NCBI GenBank assembly: GCA_010909165.1
Contig: VJWM01000223.1
Coordinates: 124,001-188,000, forward strand
Direction of reading: 5' to 3'
DNA: 64,000 nucleotides
Source of the DNA: Anthoceros angustus
Taxonomy: Eukaryota; Plantae; Anthocerotophyta
The translations under genes were made by a program, and so were the position numbers. Of this stretch, positions 1-12,084 are shown in pieces (position 1 is the first letter of the stretch; each line of letters starts with the position of its first letter). The notes under the pieces were generated by a model, which was given only the letters and a program-made list of their open reading frames with translations, was not told where the DNA came from and did no database searches.

Positions 1-2374
1 TTTGGGTTTGCATCTGAGAGCCGAGCTTGCTGCTACAACATCTTTGGTTGATATAAGGCCCACAGTCCGGTCCATGTTGGAAACAATCCGAAATCTGTTA
101 AACGCCACATCTTCACTCAAATCGCATCCGTGCAGCTACAGACTAACCAGACAAAAATGAAAGAAGAGTTTCAGCGAATAATTATCCAAACCCGAAACAG
201 CAGACAAAAACATCACTTACGCAAGATCAAAAATTTGCTGATAGCTCAGATCCATCTCAAAGAAGCGACTTAAAGCAAGCTTCACACCTTTGTCTTCAAG
301 TACTCTCTAAGAAAGTCAAAGAGGTTTCTAGGGCATGCCTACAACAAATAGCTGGCTTTCAAACGCGAGAGCTTTATCCTGCTCCGTTCAAGTAAACAGC
401 TCATAACTTGAGGATACTGCAGAATTGAGGTTGAAGACGGCACTGAACTCCGTATGAGGAAAATCCACCCCAACTGGTAGGAGTAAGGACTTACGCAGGT
501 GCCTGATAGATCACAGGGTGAGAGACATGAGTCAGTTGATGGCCTTGACTGTAGGGATGCAAACGGACCTCAAGCAGCATGACTGAAGACTTCCCCACAT
601 CGGGGTAGCAAATCACATTTATAAAGTCTTAAATCCCCACCCTAAGGAGGCTTCGAACGTCGGGGGAAACAGAAGCAACTTGCGATGGGAAAACCTAGAT
701 CGCACTCGTTTCTCCAAGAGCAGATCTGCATCCTGCAAAGAGGCTCCTACACAGTCAATGGTCATGCAGTTCAAAGTCAACGGGCATGCAGTTCAATCAG
801 TTATCAAGAACAGAAACATGGAGGGCTGGAACACAACGCACCAAGCGGGAGCTTAGACCAACAATTGCAGCTTGACATTCTGGGGACTGCATAGCATCAA
901 GCAGATTGTAGAGCAGGAATTGCTGAGACCTCTGTGACCAAACGCACATTGGACACAGAGATGATCAGATGGCACATTCGCAATGTGAAATGGTCCAGCT
1001 ACCAAAATCTGTCGAAGTAACAGTAACATGTCAGCAGCATGAGTGTAATGCAAGCACGCCTGACAACTTGCTAAGCTGTTTGATATGTCCGCAGTTCATG
1101 CTCCATGCCAATTTGCAGTCACCCGTCACAATTACCTGCGCAAAGAGGTCAAACTCATCGAGAACGAAGACAACCGCTTTCTGTTCAAGAGCAGAGTCCC
1201 TGCAAAAGCAGGGTTGGCGATGGGAGACCGTAACTATGTTTAGAACAGGCAACACCGGAAGACAAGGTTCTTGGTTCAAGTGCCTCAAAGGAAAAGGAGG
1301 TCTCTGTACCTGAGACTGGCTGATAGGAAGATACGGTTTTCATCAACCGAGGCCTGCACAGACAGACAGTGAGGGCCAGGTATAGCTTAGTCTCCAAGCC
1401 AAGATGTGCAAACAGTGGATACAGACATCCGACAACGAGGGCGTGCATAAACTCGAGTAGACCATCGCCAGCACAACACTGGTACACTTGCAGACACGCT
1501 GCTAACACATAAACACAGGTGAGAATTCGACGATGTGCATACCGAGTTCGAGAAGGACAAGTGGTGTTCCGTGCAAAGCTGCTTGGCTATCTCCTGCATA
1601 GACCACAACTTCAAATGAGGGGTCACAAATGTGGAATGCCGGGTATCTGCCAAAAGCACATGCGTAGGACTTGAAGGAAGACCTTGAATGCGCAACGGTC
1701 ATCGTGATGTAGAAGGCCATTGAGACGGACCTGCAACAGCAACCAGCAAATACGCCGATGAGTGCCGAGGCGATATCCTGGGCGCCAGCCGGAGCAAAAA
1801 AATTCAGCTGCCGCGTGGGGCGAAAGTGAAGAGCAGAGCTTACAACTGAGAAGCGGTCGCTATGTTCCCTCCGGAGATCTCGCAAGACATGCTCCAGCAC
1901 GAAGGATTTGCCACACCCTCGCGGGCCTAGAAGCAGTGCGGAGTTGTTATGACGGTTAAGAACTGTGTCAGTGAGGAGGTCGGTAAGCTGCCTACTGGCG
2001 TCGGGAGCGAAATCAGTGGCAAGCAGATGGAGGTGGTGCGCGTCTGCATCGTCGGTGTCCGGGAGGGCACAAAGCCTGCGCCGCAAGAGCCCCACACTCC
2101 AGCTGATGGCCGCCGGATCCGCAACACCCTGCTGCTGCTGCTGCTCTTGCTCCTGCTCTTGCTGCTGCTGCTGCTGCTCTAGCCCCTGCTGCTTCTGCTC
2201 TTGCTCCTGCTGCTGCTGCTGCTGCCCTTGCTCCTGCTGCTGCTGCTCTTGCTCCTGCTGCTGCTGCTCTTGCTCCAGCTGCTCCTGCTGCTTGCTTCCC
2301 TTGCGCGTACGTTTGGGCGTGGGGGCAGGGATCGGATCGAGCTCGGGGTCAGCCCCTCGGCTGCGCGTCCGCAT
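1..2374 (-). CDS. ORC4: Origin recognition complex subunit 4 (multi-exon; 3' end lies beyond the window start)
   Basis: ATG at 2374. Exon 1 (2374-1844) has Walker A LLLGPRGCGKS. Spliced exons read VRLNGLLHHDDRCAFK (1730-1683), EIAKQLCTEHHLSF, ASVDENRIFLSASLR, DSALEQKAVVFVLDEFDLFAQ (Walker B), QFLLYNLLDAMQSPECQAAIVGLSSRL and DADLLLEKRVRSRFPHRKLLL. All match plant ORC4, and the boundaries I checked are GT-AG. Confidence 0.93.
2128..2295 (-). repeat. CAG/GAG-rich trinucleotide tract encoding poly-Q/E in ORC4 exon 1
   Basis: Plus strand shows ctgctgctg/ctcttgctc runs; translation QQEQLEQEQQQQEQEQQQQEQGQQQQQQ... Confidence 0.9.
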
Positions 2375-2418
2375 CGCAAGAGTGTCAGCACTTGTATTGG
2401 CTGAAGAAAAAACAGCGT

Positions 2419-2430
2419 TTGCGCGGGAAC
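2419..2430 (-). promoter_or_regulatory. Possible E2F-like site (TTCCCGCG core) about 50 bp upstream of the ORC4 ATG
   Basis: gcgcgggaa on the plus strand. ORC genes are known E2F targets, but the match is imperfect at the 5' base. Confidence 0.3.
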
Positions 2431-3042
2431 ACAACCGTCGGCCTTCACGTCACACAGTACCTACGTACTGTACGCATGGACGTCGAGATACAGCGCTGCT
2501 ATCTTCAGCTCTTCAAAACCCCGCAATACGTACGTACCCTATATACGTATTTGGGGATGGATCATCGATGGGATGGGAAATCAGTCTCAAGTAAATGGGT
2601 TGGGATAGGGATTAAAGGCCTTATGAAGCTTTATGTCCTTTAGAAACCCAAAAGTCAGATAAGTTTTGGACGACGCGACCGAATGTGGTCTACGTTCCTT
2701 CAACACCACCCGGCGTTAGATTTGTTTTATGTCCTAATTTCGATATGGTAGATATAACACCGCCTCATGTCTACTTATCAAAAATAGACTGGGTGATTGA
2801 TCGAAATTCAGTTAAGACATTGCTCTTCATTCTTATGAAAGACGCATGGGAGCTAGAGTGGATACAAGGTTGTATTTTATAATACTTCTACAATAAAAAA
2901 ATAAAGATCAAAACTTTTGCCAATCTCTCTCTCTCCGTCTCTTCTATCATCTGCAATACAAAGACTCTTCTAGATTCCTGCCTTTTAAGCCTCAAGGCCT
3001 GGTGCAAGAGACCTTCTGAAATGGCCAAGGCCAAAGGAGAGG

Positions 3043-3265
3043 CCCAAGTCCCAAGGCTTGAGGCCAAGAGAATAGTTTGAAGGCACAAGGCCAAGAAAAA
3101 GAAATAGAAAAGTCCCAAGTCCCGAGGCTTGAGGCCAAGAGAGGAGTTTGAAGGCATAAGGCCAAGAAAAAGAAATAGAAGAGTCCCAAGTCCCACGGCT
3201 TGAGGCCAAGAGAGGAGTTTGAAGGCACAAGGCCAAGAAAAAGAAATAGAAGAGTCCCAAGTCCC
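3043..3265. repeat. 71-bp tandem repeat, just over 3 copies
   Basis: cccaagtccc recurs at 3043, 3114, 3185 and 3256. Confidence 0.9.
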
Positions 3266-3710
3266 AACGAGAGGTATGAGACCTTCCCAAGGGAGCTTGG
3301 TCTTTTAACGCCAACCACCCAAGAGAGAAAAAAGTGTAAAATACTTTTTGGTGCTTCGAATCCAGGCTTCAAGGCAATAAGGAAGGGGAGCATAGGATTT
3401 GGTCAGTTATGCATTTATTGGTGTTGGCTATACATTCAAAACTCTAACTCGGTGGCACCCAGGAGCTTGAAGGCACAAGGCCAAAAAGAAGAAGTAGAAG
3501 AGCCCCAAGTCCTAAGGAGAGGAATGAGACCTTCTCAAGGGAGCTTGGCCTTTTAAGGCCAACCACCCAAGGGAGAAAGAAGAATAAAATACTCTTGGGT
3601 GCTTGGAAGCCGGGCTTTAAGGTGATAACGAAGGAGAGGATAGTGTTTGGTGAGTTATCCATTTATTGATGTTGGCTATCCATTCAAAGCTCTGACTCGG
3701 TGGCACCCCA
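3225..3710. repeat. Diverged ~240-bp tandem duplication
   Basis: 3225-3460 aligns with 3468-3710 (gagacctt..caagggagcttgg..ccaaccacccaag..actcggtggcaccc). Confidence 0.85.
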
Positions 3711-3875
3711 TCTCAATACTGATCCATACCTAGGGTAGCACCCCATCTCAATACTGATCCATACCCAGGATGGCACCCCATCTCAATACTGATCCATACC
3801 TAGGATGGCACCCCATCTCAATACTCGTCCATACATAGGATGGCACTCCATCTCAATACTCATCCATACCTAGGG
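3700..3875. repeat. 35-bp tandem repeat, 5 copies
   Basis: gcaccccatctcaatactgatccatacctaggat(g) at 3703, 3738, 3773, 3808 and 3843; no spacers. Confidence 0.92.
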
Positions 3876-4221
3876 TCCTTAACTCCTAGGTGCTTGACTG
3901 TAGAGTTCTTACTATGGTGGTAACCAAATCACCCCATTTAAGTTCCTCATACACACAAGAAAGATTGAAGAGTCCTTGTATAGTGTTTAGGCATGCAACC
4001 CACACATACTTAGAAGTTTCACTAACCATGATCTAATCGAGCAGAGTGTGTTAACCTTGATTGAGGGTTGTGGCGCTAACCACTAACCACCTTGAAGTGC
4101 ATGCCTGGGCATACTCGATCTGGACACAACTACAATCCATCAGAGCGAATTCGAAATCCCAATCAAGTGAGAGAGGTACGAACAAGTGAGAGAGGTACAA
4201 ATAGCTCAGCTCCGTAGCACC

Positions 4222-4480
4222 CAGTACACCTGCAGTAGGAACTGGTACACTTGCTACAGGAACTAGTACACCTACCTGCAGTAGGAACTGGTACACTTGC
4301 TACAGGAACTAGTACACCTACCTGCAGAAGGAACTGGTACACTTGCTACAGGAACTAGTACACCTACCTTCATGAGGAACTGGTATACTTGCTACAAGAA
4401 CTAGTACACCTACCTGCAGTAGGAACTGGTACACTTGCTACAGGAACTAGTACACGTGTAGCCGGAACTAGTACACCTGT
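4222..4480. repeat. 46-bp tandem repeat, about 5.5 copies
   Basis: tgcagtaggaactggtacacttgctacaggaactagtacacctacc at 4231, 4277, 4323, 4369 and 4415. Confidence 0.92.
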
Positions 4481-4677
4481 AAATATTAGTTATAGTGTAC
4501 TCTAAATATTAGTTTAATCTAAAATATTAGTTTTCCCTTAAACACTTCATAGGTATCTTAGATTGCCGTAAACTACTACATACTTATCTAATTTTATTCT
4601 AAACACTACAAAGTTATTTTAGTTTAAACTAAACACTATAGAGTTATCTTAGACTTTAAAACATGTCATATTATTGT

Positions 4678-5290
4678 ATCCGTCCAAGACTTCAGGGGAA
4701 TGTCATCCTCGTGGGTGCACAACATGACCACCAGCTCTTCCAGTCCTCCGTTTTAGTGGAGGACTCCACGGCCTGGGAAATCTATAGCCCATTGTAACAC
4801 TAGAGCAAATAATCCACCAAGGACTCTATCCACCTATCCATTGGGAGCTGGCTCGCCAAAAAGAACTTTGTGATCGATGCTAGGTCGCAAGCTAGAAGTC
4901 CACTTTGGGGATGGTACACAAGGCTTGCATTTCTTGCATGGTCCAGGTCCAGAAGACTTGCAATTCATGCAGAAGTAGGCGCTGTTGGGCAAGGCCACCA
5001 CAGCCATTGGTGCACCATTCAGTTTAGCAAGCCTCCATGGAACTCCATGCTCACTGATGCATCGAAGGGGTACCAAAAATTGAGCTCCTACGGCTATAGC
5101 GCTTCCGTGCTAAGAACGACCTGGACAACTTTCCTTGTGTCATATTTCGGACAGCGGGCCGTGCCTGTTGCCCCTGATTGTGTAGGAGCCACGAGCACTG
5201 TGTCTGGCTTTGCCCAACCAATTCTGAAGGAGCATGAACTCTAGGCTTGGCTAAGAGGTTGTTCTTCTAGCGGTTGCGGATGCGGACCAT
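4678..5290 (-). pseudogene. Decayed copy of the N-terminus (Cys motif and first trihelix helices) of the 27065-29382 gene
   Basis: ATG at 5290 in the same context as 27065. Reads ...NGAPMAVVALPNSAYFCMNCKSSGPGPCKKCKPCVPSPKW...GWIESLVDYLL*CYNGL*...EDDIPLKSWTD, with in-frame stops. Confidence 0.9.
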
Positions 5291-5829
5291 GAGTTAACTC
5301 TTGACCTGTCGAGCTTAATCCAAAGCCCAGCACCATGGGCCACACCAAGTAGCTAGGAATTAGCTGCACGTACAAACATCAAAATGTATTGTACGTACCA
5401 AAAACCATTCGATCACAGCAAAAGAGGAGAGGGGGTGTGGCATAAGCATAAGCAAGGAAAAACATAGAAAACATAGCTACAACATATGTTCACTACTCAC
5501 CCTAAAATTAGATAGTCCTTAACAAAAAAATATCTCATCAGAAACAACGGCAATGATCAAACAACGACAACAATCAGATATGAAACCAAACGACTCGGGC
5601 AACAAGTTGAGAGATAGGGTGAATCTACCAGAGCAACAAGCTATGAGAAGATATCAAGCGACTAGAGCAACATGTTTAGAGATGGGGCAAAGCGACTGGA
5701 GCAACAAGCTTGGAAATTGGTCGAAGAGACTGAAACAACATGCTAGTAGAAGAGATCAAGCGACTAGAGCAACAAGTTTAGAGATGAGGTGAAGCGACTG
5801 AAACAATAGGCTAGTAGAAGAGATCAAGC

Positions 5830-6150
5830 GACTAGAGCAACATGTTTAGAGATGGGGCGAAGCAACTAGAGCAATATGTTTAGAGATGGGGCGAAGCGAC
5901 TAGAGCAATATGTTTAGAGATGGGGCGACTAGAGCAATATGTTTAGAGATGGGGCGGGCTTAATTAGAGCAATATGTTTAGAGATGGGGCGAAGCGACTA
6001 GAGCAATATGTTTAGAGATGGGGCGAAGCGACTTGAGCAATATGTTTAGAGGTGGGGCGAAGCGACTAGAGCAATATGTTTAGAGATGGGGCGAAGCGAC
6101 TTGAGCAATATGTTTAGAGGTGGGGCGAAGCGACTTGAGCAACAAGCTTA
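5830..6150. repeat. 34-bp tandem repeat, about 9-10 copies
   Basis: Unit gagatggggcgaagcgactagagcaatatgttta. Confidence 0.92.
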
Positions 6151-6329
6151 AAAATGGGGTGAAGCGACTGAAACAACAGTCTAGTAGAAAAGATTAAGTG
6201 ACTAAAGCAACAAGCTCGGGAATGGGGCGAAGCGACTAAAACAACAGGCTAGGAGAAGAGATCAAAGGACTGTAGCAATAGAAGTAAGCGCATAAGTGGA
6301 ACAACAAGAGGCAAGAGCAAATTTCATGA

Positions 6330-7170
6330 CTACAATTTGGTCTTTGGGGCATATGCGGTTATCTATTTGAAGGATATAGGGTAATCTAACATGACTCTAT
6401 AATGTTTTAGGTCAAACTAAGACAATTTCACTTTGAAATTTGGGTCTGTAGACTGAGACAATCCACTTTGATTTTTTGGCAAATTAACTTAAAAAACTTG
6501 AAACACCTTTACTTTGATGTTTGGGTGAGTAAACTACGACGGCTTCACTTTGATCTTTGAGTGCGGAAACTAAGACCACTTTACTTGAACCTTAGATAAG
6601 TAAGCTAAGACCACTTAGCTTTGATATTTGTGCTCTCTAATGTCAACTATACTTTTTTCTTAGATATAGTGGATACGAAAATATAACATGTTTTAGAGTA
6701 AATTAAGATAAATCTATAGTGCTTAGGTTAAACTAAAATAAGTCTGTAGTGTTTAGGATAAATTAAGATACCTTTGTAGTAGTTTAGGATAATCTAAGAT
6801 AACTTTGAAGTGTTTTAAGGTAACTAATGTATGAGGGTAAGGGGTAAACTAATATTTTAGTGTAATTCAATGTCTTATTGTAAACTAATTTTTTAGTGAG
6901 AACTAATTTTTTAGCTGAAACTAATGTTTTAGCGTAAACCAATGTTTTAGCATTAACTAATTTTTTAGGGTAAACTAAATTTTTGGAGTAAAATAATGTT
7001 TTAGTGTAAACTAATGTTTTAGCATTAACTAATTTTTTAGGGTAAACTAATGCTGTAGTGTAAACTAATTTTTTAGCATTAACTAATTTTTTAGGTTAAA
7101 CTAATTTTTAGCATTAACTAATTTTTTAGCATTAACTTATTGTTTAGGATAAACTAATGTTTTAGCGTAA
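6330..7170 (-). repeat. AT-rich sub-repeat array module (taaactaa/tttag units), inverted relative to 9330-9960 and 25050-26230
   Basis: Reverse complement aligns with ...aaaacatgtcatattatcgtatc... and aaagatcaaagtgaa units; 18-19 bp units at 6870-7170. Confidence 0.8.
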
Positions 7171-7239
7171 AAGTCCTTCAACAAAGATACGATAGCTCCA
7201 CTCCAATTCCCTAGATTTGTCTATAGTCTCTATGTCTGC

Positions 7240-8030
7240 AAACAAGATACTGAAAGGATGCAACCTCACGGCCTAGTAGAGCTTGTGCAAAGAAGTGCTG
7301 GGGGGCAACCTGAGGATGGATGGGCAACCTGCAGAAGCCATCAGCCCCACTATCAACTTCACCAGAGCATCCAATGCGACCATATCGTTGTGCTCCCGGA
7401 CGTTCTTCAGATCCAGTACCACAAAGTCATACTTGGCCCTCCCAAAGATCTGTGCAATAGTCGGCAACAAATGGCCATGCTGCTCCATCTGACCCTCGCT
7501 CTGCTGGCGCTTCTTGCACAGCTTGCACCTGCCATTCTGCGGTTCAAGATTGAAGCCCCCGCTGGTGCCGCGAAGAGATAGTGAAGATCCCTGGAGGATG
7601 CTATAGTGGCCGATGCCATCGTCGGCCGATCACGAGGGGCTCCCCCAAAGGAGCTTAAACTAGGGCCAGACCCGTTGGTAGCGTCTTGAGCTGGGGCAAC
7701 TATTCTGCTTGGAGGTGGTGCCAGTGCAGCAATGGTAACTATTGGGGGAAGCTGAGCATGTGGTGCAGAAGCCCAACCAGTGGAGAAGGTTGTGCATTAG
7801 TAGCGCCATGAGTGCGAGGAGCCCACGGAATTGGCCAGCCTCTTGGAAACTTGGCAGCTGCACAAACAAATCAGAGTCAGGTAAATCGGAAGCTGGAAGC
7901 TGGCCTTGGCATATGTAATATTCCATTCCAAAATCAAGAATACAAGCCAAACCAGAAACAAAATAATTAGCATATCCTGAGGAGAGGAGTGGTTCCAGTA
8001 TCCGGTGCAGGAGGAGTACTCCAAGAAGCT
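7240..8030 (-). pseudogene. Decayed copy of exon 2 end, intron 2, linker and N-terminal half of the HpcH-like domain
   Basis: LLPTIAQIFGRAKYDFVVLDLKNVREHNDMVALDALVKLIVGLMASAGCPSILRLPPSTSL matches the 28430 ORF; the nucleotide match extends through intron 2. Confidence 0.9.
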
Positions 8031-8039
8031 GGAGGAGAG

Positions 8040-10290
8040 ATCAAGCGACTGGAGCAAGAGGTGGCAAGCATGAGTGGAGCAATATGAGGCACGAGCGAAG
8101 CAACAGGAGGCAAGAGCAAAGCAATAAGAGGCAAGAGCAACAAGAGGCAATGGCAACAAGAGGCAAGGGCAACAAGAGGCAAGGACAACAAGAGGCAAGA
8201 GCAACAAGAGGCAAGAGCAACAAGAGGCAAGGTCAACAAGAGGCAAAGGCAACAAGAGGCAGGAGCAACAGGAGGCAAGAGTAGGCAAGAGCAAAGTTCC
8301 TGACTTCAATTTGATCTTCGGGATTGTCTATTTGAAGGATCAAGGTAATCTAACATGACTCTATAGTGGTTTAGGTCAAACGGAGAGGATTTCACTTTGA
8401 TCTTTCAGCGTGTAACCCATGCCTTCACTTTAATGTTTGGGCGGGTAAACTACGACAACTTCACCTTGATCCTTGGCAGGTAAATTACTTTAATGTTTGG
8501 GCGGGTAAACTACGACAACTTCACCTTGATTTTTGGCGGGTAAATTAAAACGACTTCACTTTGATCTTTGGGCCCGTTATCTAAGACAACTTCACTATGA
8601 TCTTTAGGCCCGTCAACTAAAACCACTTCACTTTGATATTGGGGCGGGTGAACTAAGACGATTTCTTTTTGAACTTAGGGTGAATAAATTAAGACCACTT
8701 AACTTTGATGCTTGTGCTCTTCAATGTCAAGTATACTATTTTCAGGTAACAAGTTAACCTATTGGAGAAGCAGTTTTGCAAGGAGAAGAAGGCGCCTAGC
8801 TCCGACCAGCCTCACTATGCGAGAATCAAGTTGCCATTGAGAGAGAGCAGAGCATAAGGACCTGGCGGTGAGCGGTGATCCTCTCGTTCAAGGTGGAATA
8901 AGCAATGTGCCCATTCTTCAATATTTCTTTCTGGTTTGGTTGGCTATTTGGATTGGTTTCGATTTCCTTCCATTCTGCCTCCATCTCTTATGTGTTTTAA
9001 TTTGTGGTGATTATATTCTAATATGAATTGTGTTGTCTCCGTATGCTTGTGCTGTTAAGCTTTGTGATTCGTTAACTCAAATTTGTACTATGTCAACATG
9101 CAACAACTTCCTAGCTACTTGGAGTGCATGGCAGTGTTGGGCTTCAAGCTTGGGATTAGGCTCAAACAAAATGGGAGTTAAATCATGGTGCGCATCCACA
9201 TGCGCAAGAAGAACAAACTTCTGGCCAAGTGATCAGAGTTCATGTTCCTAGCTTGTTCCATTCGTTTGGTCATGTCTTTGGTTGCTTGTGTCATTTGGTT
9301 GCTTTAGTCATTGTTTACATTAAAACATAAAAAAGAGTCATCTTAGTTTACCCTTAAACACAACGAGTTGTCATAGTTTACCCTAAAACAATAGTTTACC
9401 CTAAAATACTAGTTTACCCTAAAACACTAGTTTACCCTAAAACACTAGTTTACCCTAAAACACTTTATACTTATCCGAAATTGCCCTAAACTACTACAGA
9501 GTTATCTTAGTTTATTTTAAACATAATAGAGTTATTTTAGTTTAACTTCAACACTATGAAGTTATCTTAGTTTACTCTAAAACATGTCATATTATCGTAT
9601 CCCCATACCTCATAACAATATAGTTGATGTTGAGGAGCACAAACATCAAAGTGGTCTTAGTTTATCCGCCTTAAGTTCAAAGTGAAGTTGTCTTAGTTTA
9701 TTCACCCAAAGATCAAAGTGAAATCTTCTTAGTGTACGAGCCTAAAGATCAAAGTGAATTCATCGTAGTTGACCCTGCCCAAACACTAATTGAAGGCATC
9801 TCAAGTTTTTATAGTTTGCCCGTGCAAAAATCAAAGTGGATTGTCTCAGTTTACTCGCTGAAAAATCAAAATGAAGTCGTATCAAGATACGTGCCCAAAG
9901 ATCAAAGTCAAATCGTCTCCGTTTGACCTAAAGCACTAGAGCTAGTCATACTATATTATCTTAATTCTTCAAATAGATGACTTTGAAGACCAACTTGAAG
10001 TCAAGAACTTTGTTCTTGCCTCCTATTGCTCGGCTCTTGCCTCCTATTGCTCTTGGCTCTTGTTGTTTTTACCTCCGATTGCTCTTGTCTCCTACTGCTC
10101 GGCTCTCGCCTCTTATTGCTCGGCTCTCGCCTCTTATTGCTCTTGCCTCCTACTGCTCGGCTCTCGCCTCTTACTGCTCGGCTCTCGCCTCTTATTGCTC
10201 TTGCCTCCTACTGCTCGGCTCTCGCCTCTTACTGCTTGGCTCTCGCCTCTTATTGCTCTTGCCTCCTATTGCTCGGCTCTCACCTCTTAA
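8040..10290. repeat. Long imperfect inverted-repeat pair, about 700 bp each (8040-8750 and 9600-10290), including (gcaacaagaggcaaga)-type short-unit arrays
   Basis: Reverse complement of 8300-8400 (cgctgaaagatcaaagtgaaatcctctccgtttgacctaaaccacta...) matches 9895-10010. Short-unit arrays at 8040-8290 and 10015-10290 are in opposite orientation. Confidence 0.85.
8765..8960 (+). pseudogene. Fragment of exon 1 end and intron 1 of the trihelix-aldolase gene
   Basis: ttttgcaaggagaag...cctcactatgc.agaat...gagcggtgatcc...caag|gt...tttctttctggtttg matches 27700-27890; the donor GT position is conserved. Confidence 0.85.
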
Positions 10291-11392
10291 GGGGCGCATC
10301 CAGGAAACCGGGAACCACGGGAGGGCTCAGTGGGTGAGCCCGTGATAAGCCCAGCGAGGAGGCAAACCCGGGTGCTCGTGAGTCCGGACTTTGTTTGGAC
10401 TCCTGAAGAAAGGCCGGACCCCGAGTTCCGGCCTCCTGAAGAAAGTATGGACTTAGAGGTCCAGACTCTAGTGTGAGGCCCAGACAGGTCCGGACTCGAG
10501 TCCGGACTCAGGTCCAGACTCTAGTGACAAGACCGGACCCCAAGGTTCGGACTCTAGAAAGAAGATCGGACCCCGAGGTCCGGACTCGAGAAGACGGACC
10601 CGAGGTCCGGACTCGAGAAGACGGACCCAGGTCAGGACTCGAGAAGACGGACCCAGGTCAGGACCACAGAAGACCGGACCTAAAGGTCCGAACTCCGGAG
10701 TCGAGACTGGACCCTGAAGTCCAGACTCAGGTAGTGGGAGGGAGCCACCAAGCACCAGCCCAGAGCCTTCTCTTGAAGGGCCCGGCCTGAGGGGCCCAGA
10801 GATAAGAGAGGAGGAGGAGGACTTAGTGGTGACCGCCCGTTGTCGAGCCCGCCGGTGGCGCCAACGCCGAACCTCGGGAGAGGTAGGGGCCCGCCTCATG
10901 GATCATCCGATTGATTGGGTGCGCCAGATTGTCAGGGCTGGGCCTTGGGCCGCCAGCACCAAGGCGGAATCAGGGGCAACCCCAGCCCCACCGAGAATAG
11001 GTAGGTGGAATAGGGGAGATAGTAGGCGGTTAGGGGCTTAACGCCATTAGCTGGAATAGGGTGTAATAAAGGCGCCGACCTTGGCGTAGTATAAGAGGGC
11101 CGAGGCTCTAAAGTAAATATCTTTCTCTTGGTGTGGATGCCGCGTTTTCTTGCAGGCCCTTTGCGTGCCATCTTGCTAACGTGAGTCCTGAGTCAGCGGC
11201 GGGCCGGCGGCCCGAGAGATCGATCAAGGTCTGGTGAGCGGACCCTAACGTGTGGTGGTGTGTGTGGGAAGGCGACGGGACCTTGCTCGTCGGCGGCGAC
11301 CAGTCGGACGACCGAACGCGTGTGAGCGAGGAACTCCGGGCGTGTAGAGCCGAGAGAGGCGAGCGGAGGAGGTCCCATCATGCAGCCCCACA
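10290..11392 (-). mobile_element. LTR-retrotransposon 5' remnant: putative LTR 10930-11392 (TG...CA), PBS-like TGGCGCACCCAA and a repeat-rich leader
   Basis: Minus strand reads TGTGGGG...CCCTGACA, then ATC-TGGCGCACCCAA, then 26-28 bp tandem units. No pol motifs or second LTR seen. Confidence 0.55.
10568..10680. repeat. 26-28 bp tandem repeat, 4 copies
   Basis: ggacccgaggtccggactcgagaagac units. Confidence 0.9.
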
Positions 11393-12084
11393 AGCGATTC
11401 TCCCTAAGGATAATGAATGAAGTGTGAATGATGAGAGGAACGGACTAGAGGGACGAGTGACAAACTTGAATGACACCTGACGCGAATCGGTCCTTCAGCC
11501 CGCCACGGGCAGTCTGTCGTGAATGCTACGGGTAGTTAGTCGAAATGGCGAATGTGCGTGAGTCTAAGACGGCACTACGCGTAGGTGAGAAACGCTGAAA
11601 CGTGGCCAACGGAGCCTATCATTCTCTTGGGAGCGGACCTCCTTACTACAACGACACGGGATCGTGCGCGCCCGGCTGACCGTCAGCGAAAGTCCCGCCA
11701 CAATAGGACATTCCCACGGAAGCCTGACGGGAGCAAGTGCCTCGGAGTAATCGCGAGTTGCAACTTAGCTTGAAGGGTAGGCCGGAGGCGTGCCATCTTG
11801 GACGAAATTAAAGTGCATACCACCTGCAATGCCTCAGAGTGACGAGGAGGACAAATCAATCCCTGCAAAGAGGCATCTGCGAGGGTGACATAGGTATGCT
11901 CTTTTATTGTTGTGGGTTTTTGCTCTTCAATCGCATCCTTGCTGTCCCTGTCTTCTGATTGAAGATATTTGTGTGTCTAGAGGCATGGCGAGTGGAAGAC
12001 ACAGCAAGAAGGACTTGACGGAGCCTAGTCCCGGTCACCTTGAGCTATTGGAGTGGCCAAAGAAGTAGCTAGCGTAAACCAAAG

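Noticed and set aside
3700-4480. 35-bp and 46-bp repeats as CRISPR arrays
   Set aside because: Units are head-to-tail with no unique spacers, there are no cas genes, and the context is eukaryotic.
7797-10345. Leu/Cys-rich or QQEARAT ORFs (also 21279-21909 and 26235-26722) as real proteins
   Set aside because: They are stop-free translations of short-unit tandem repeats, open in several frames at once.
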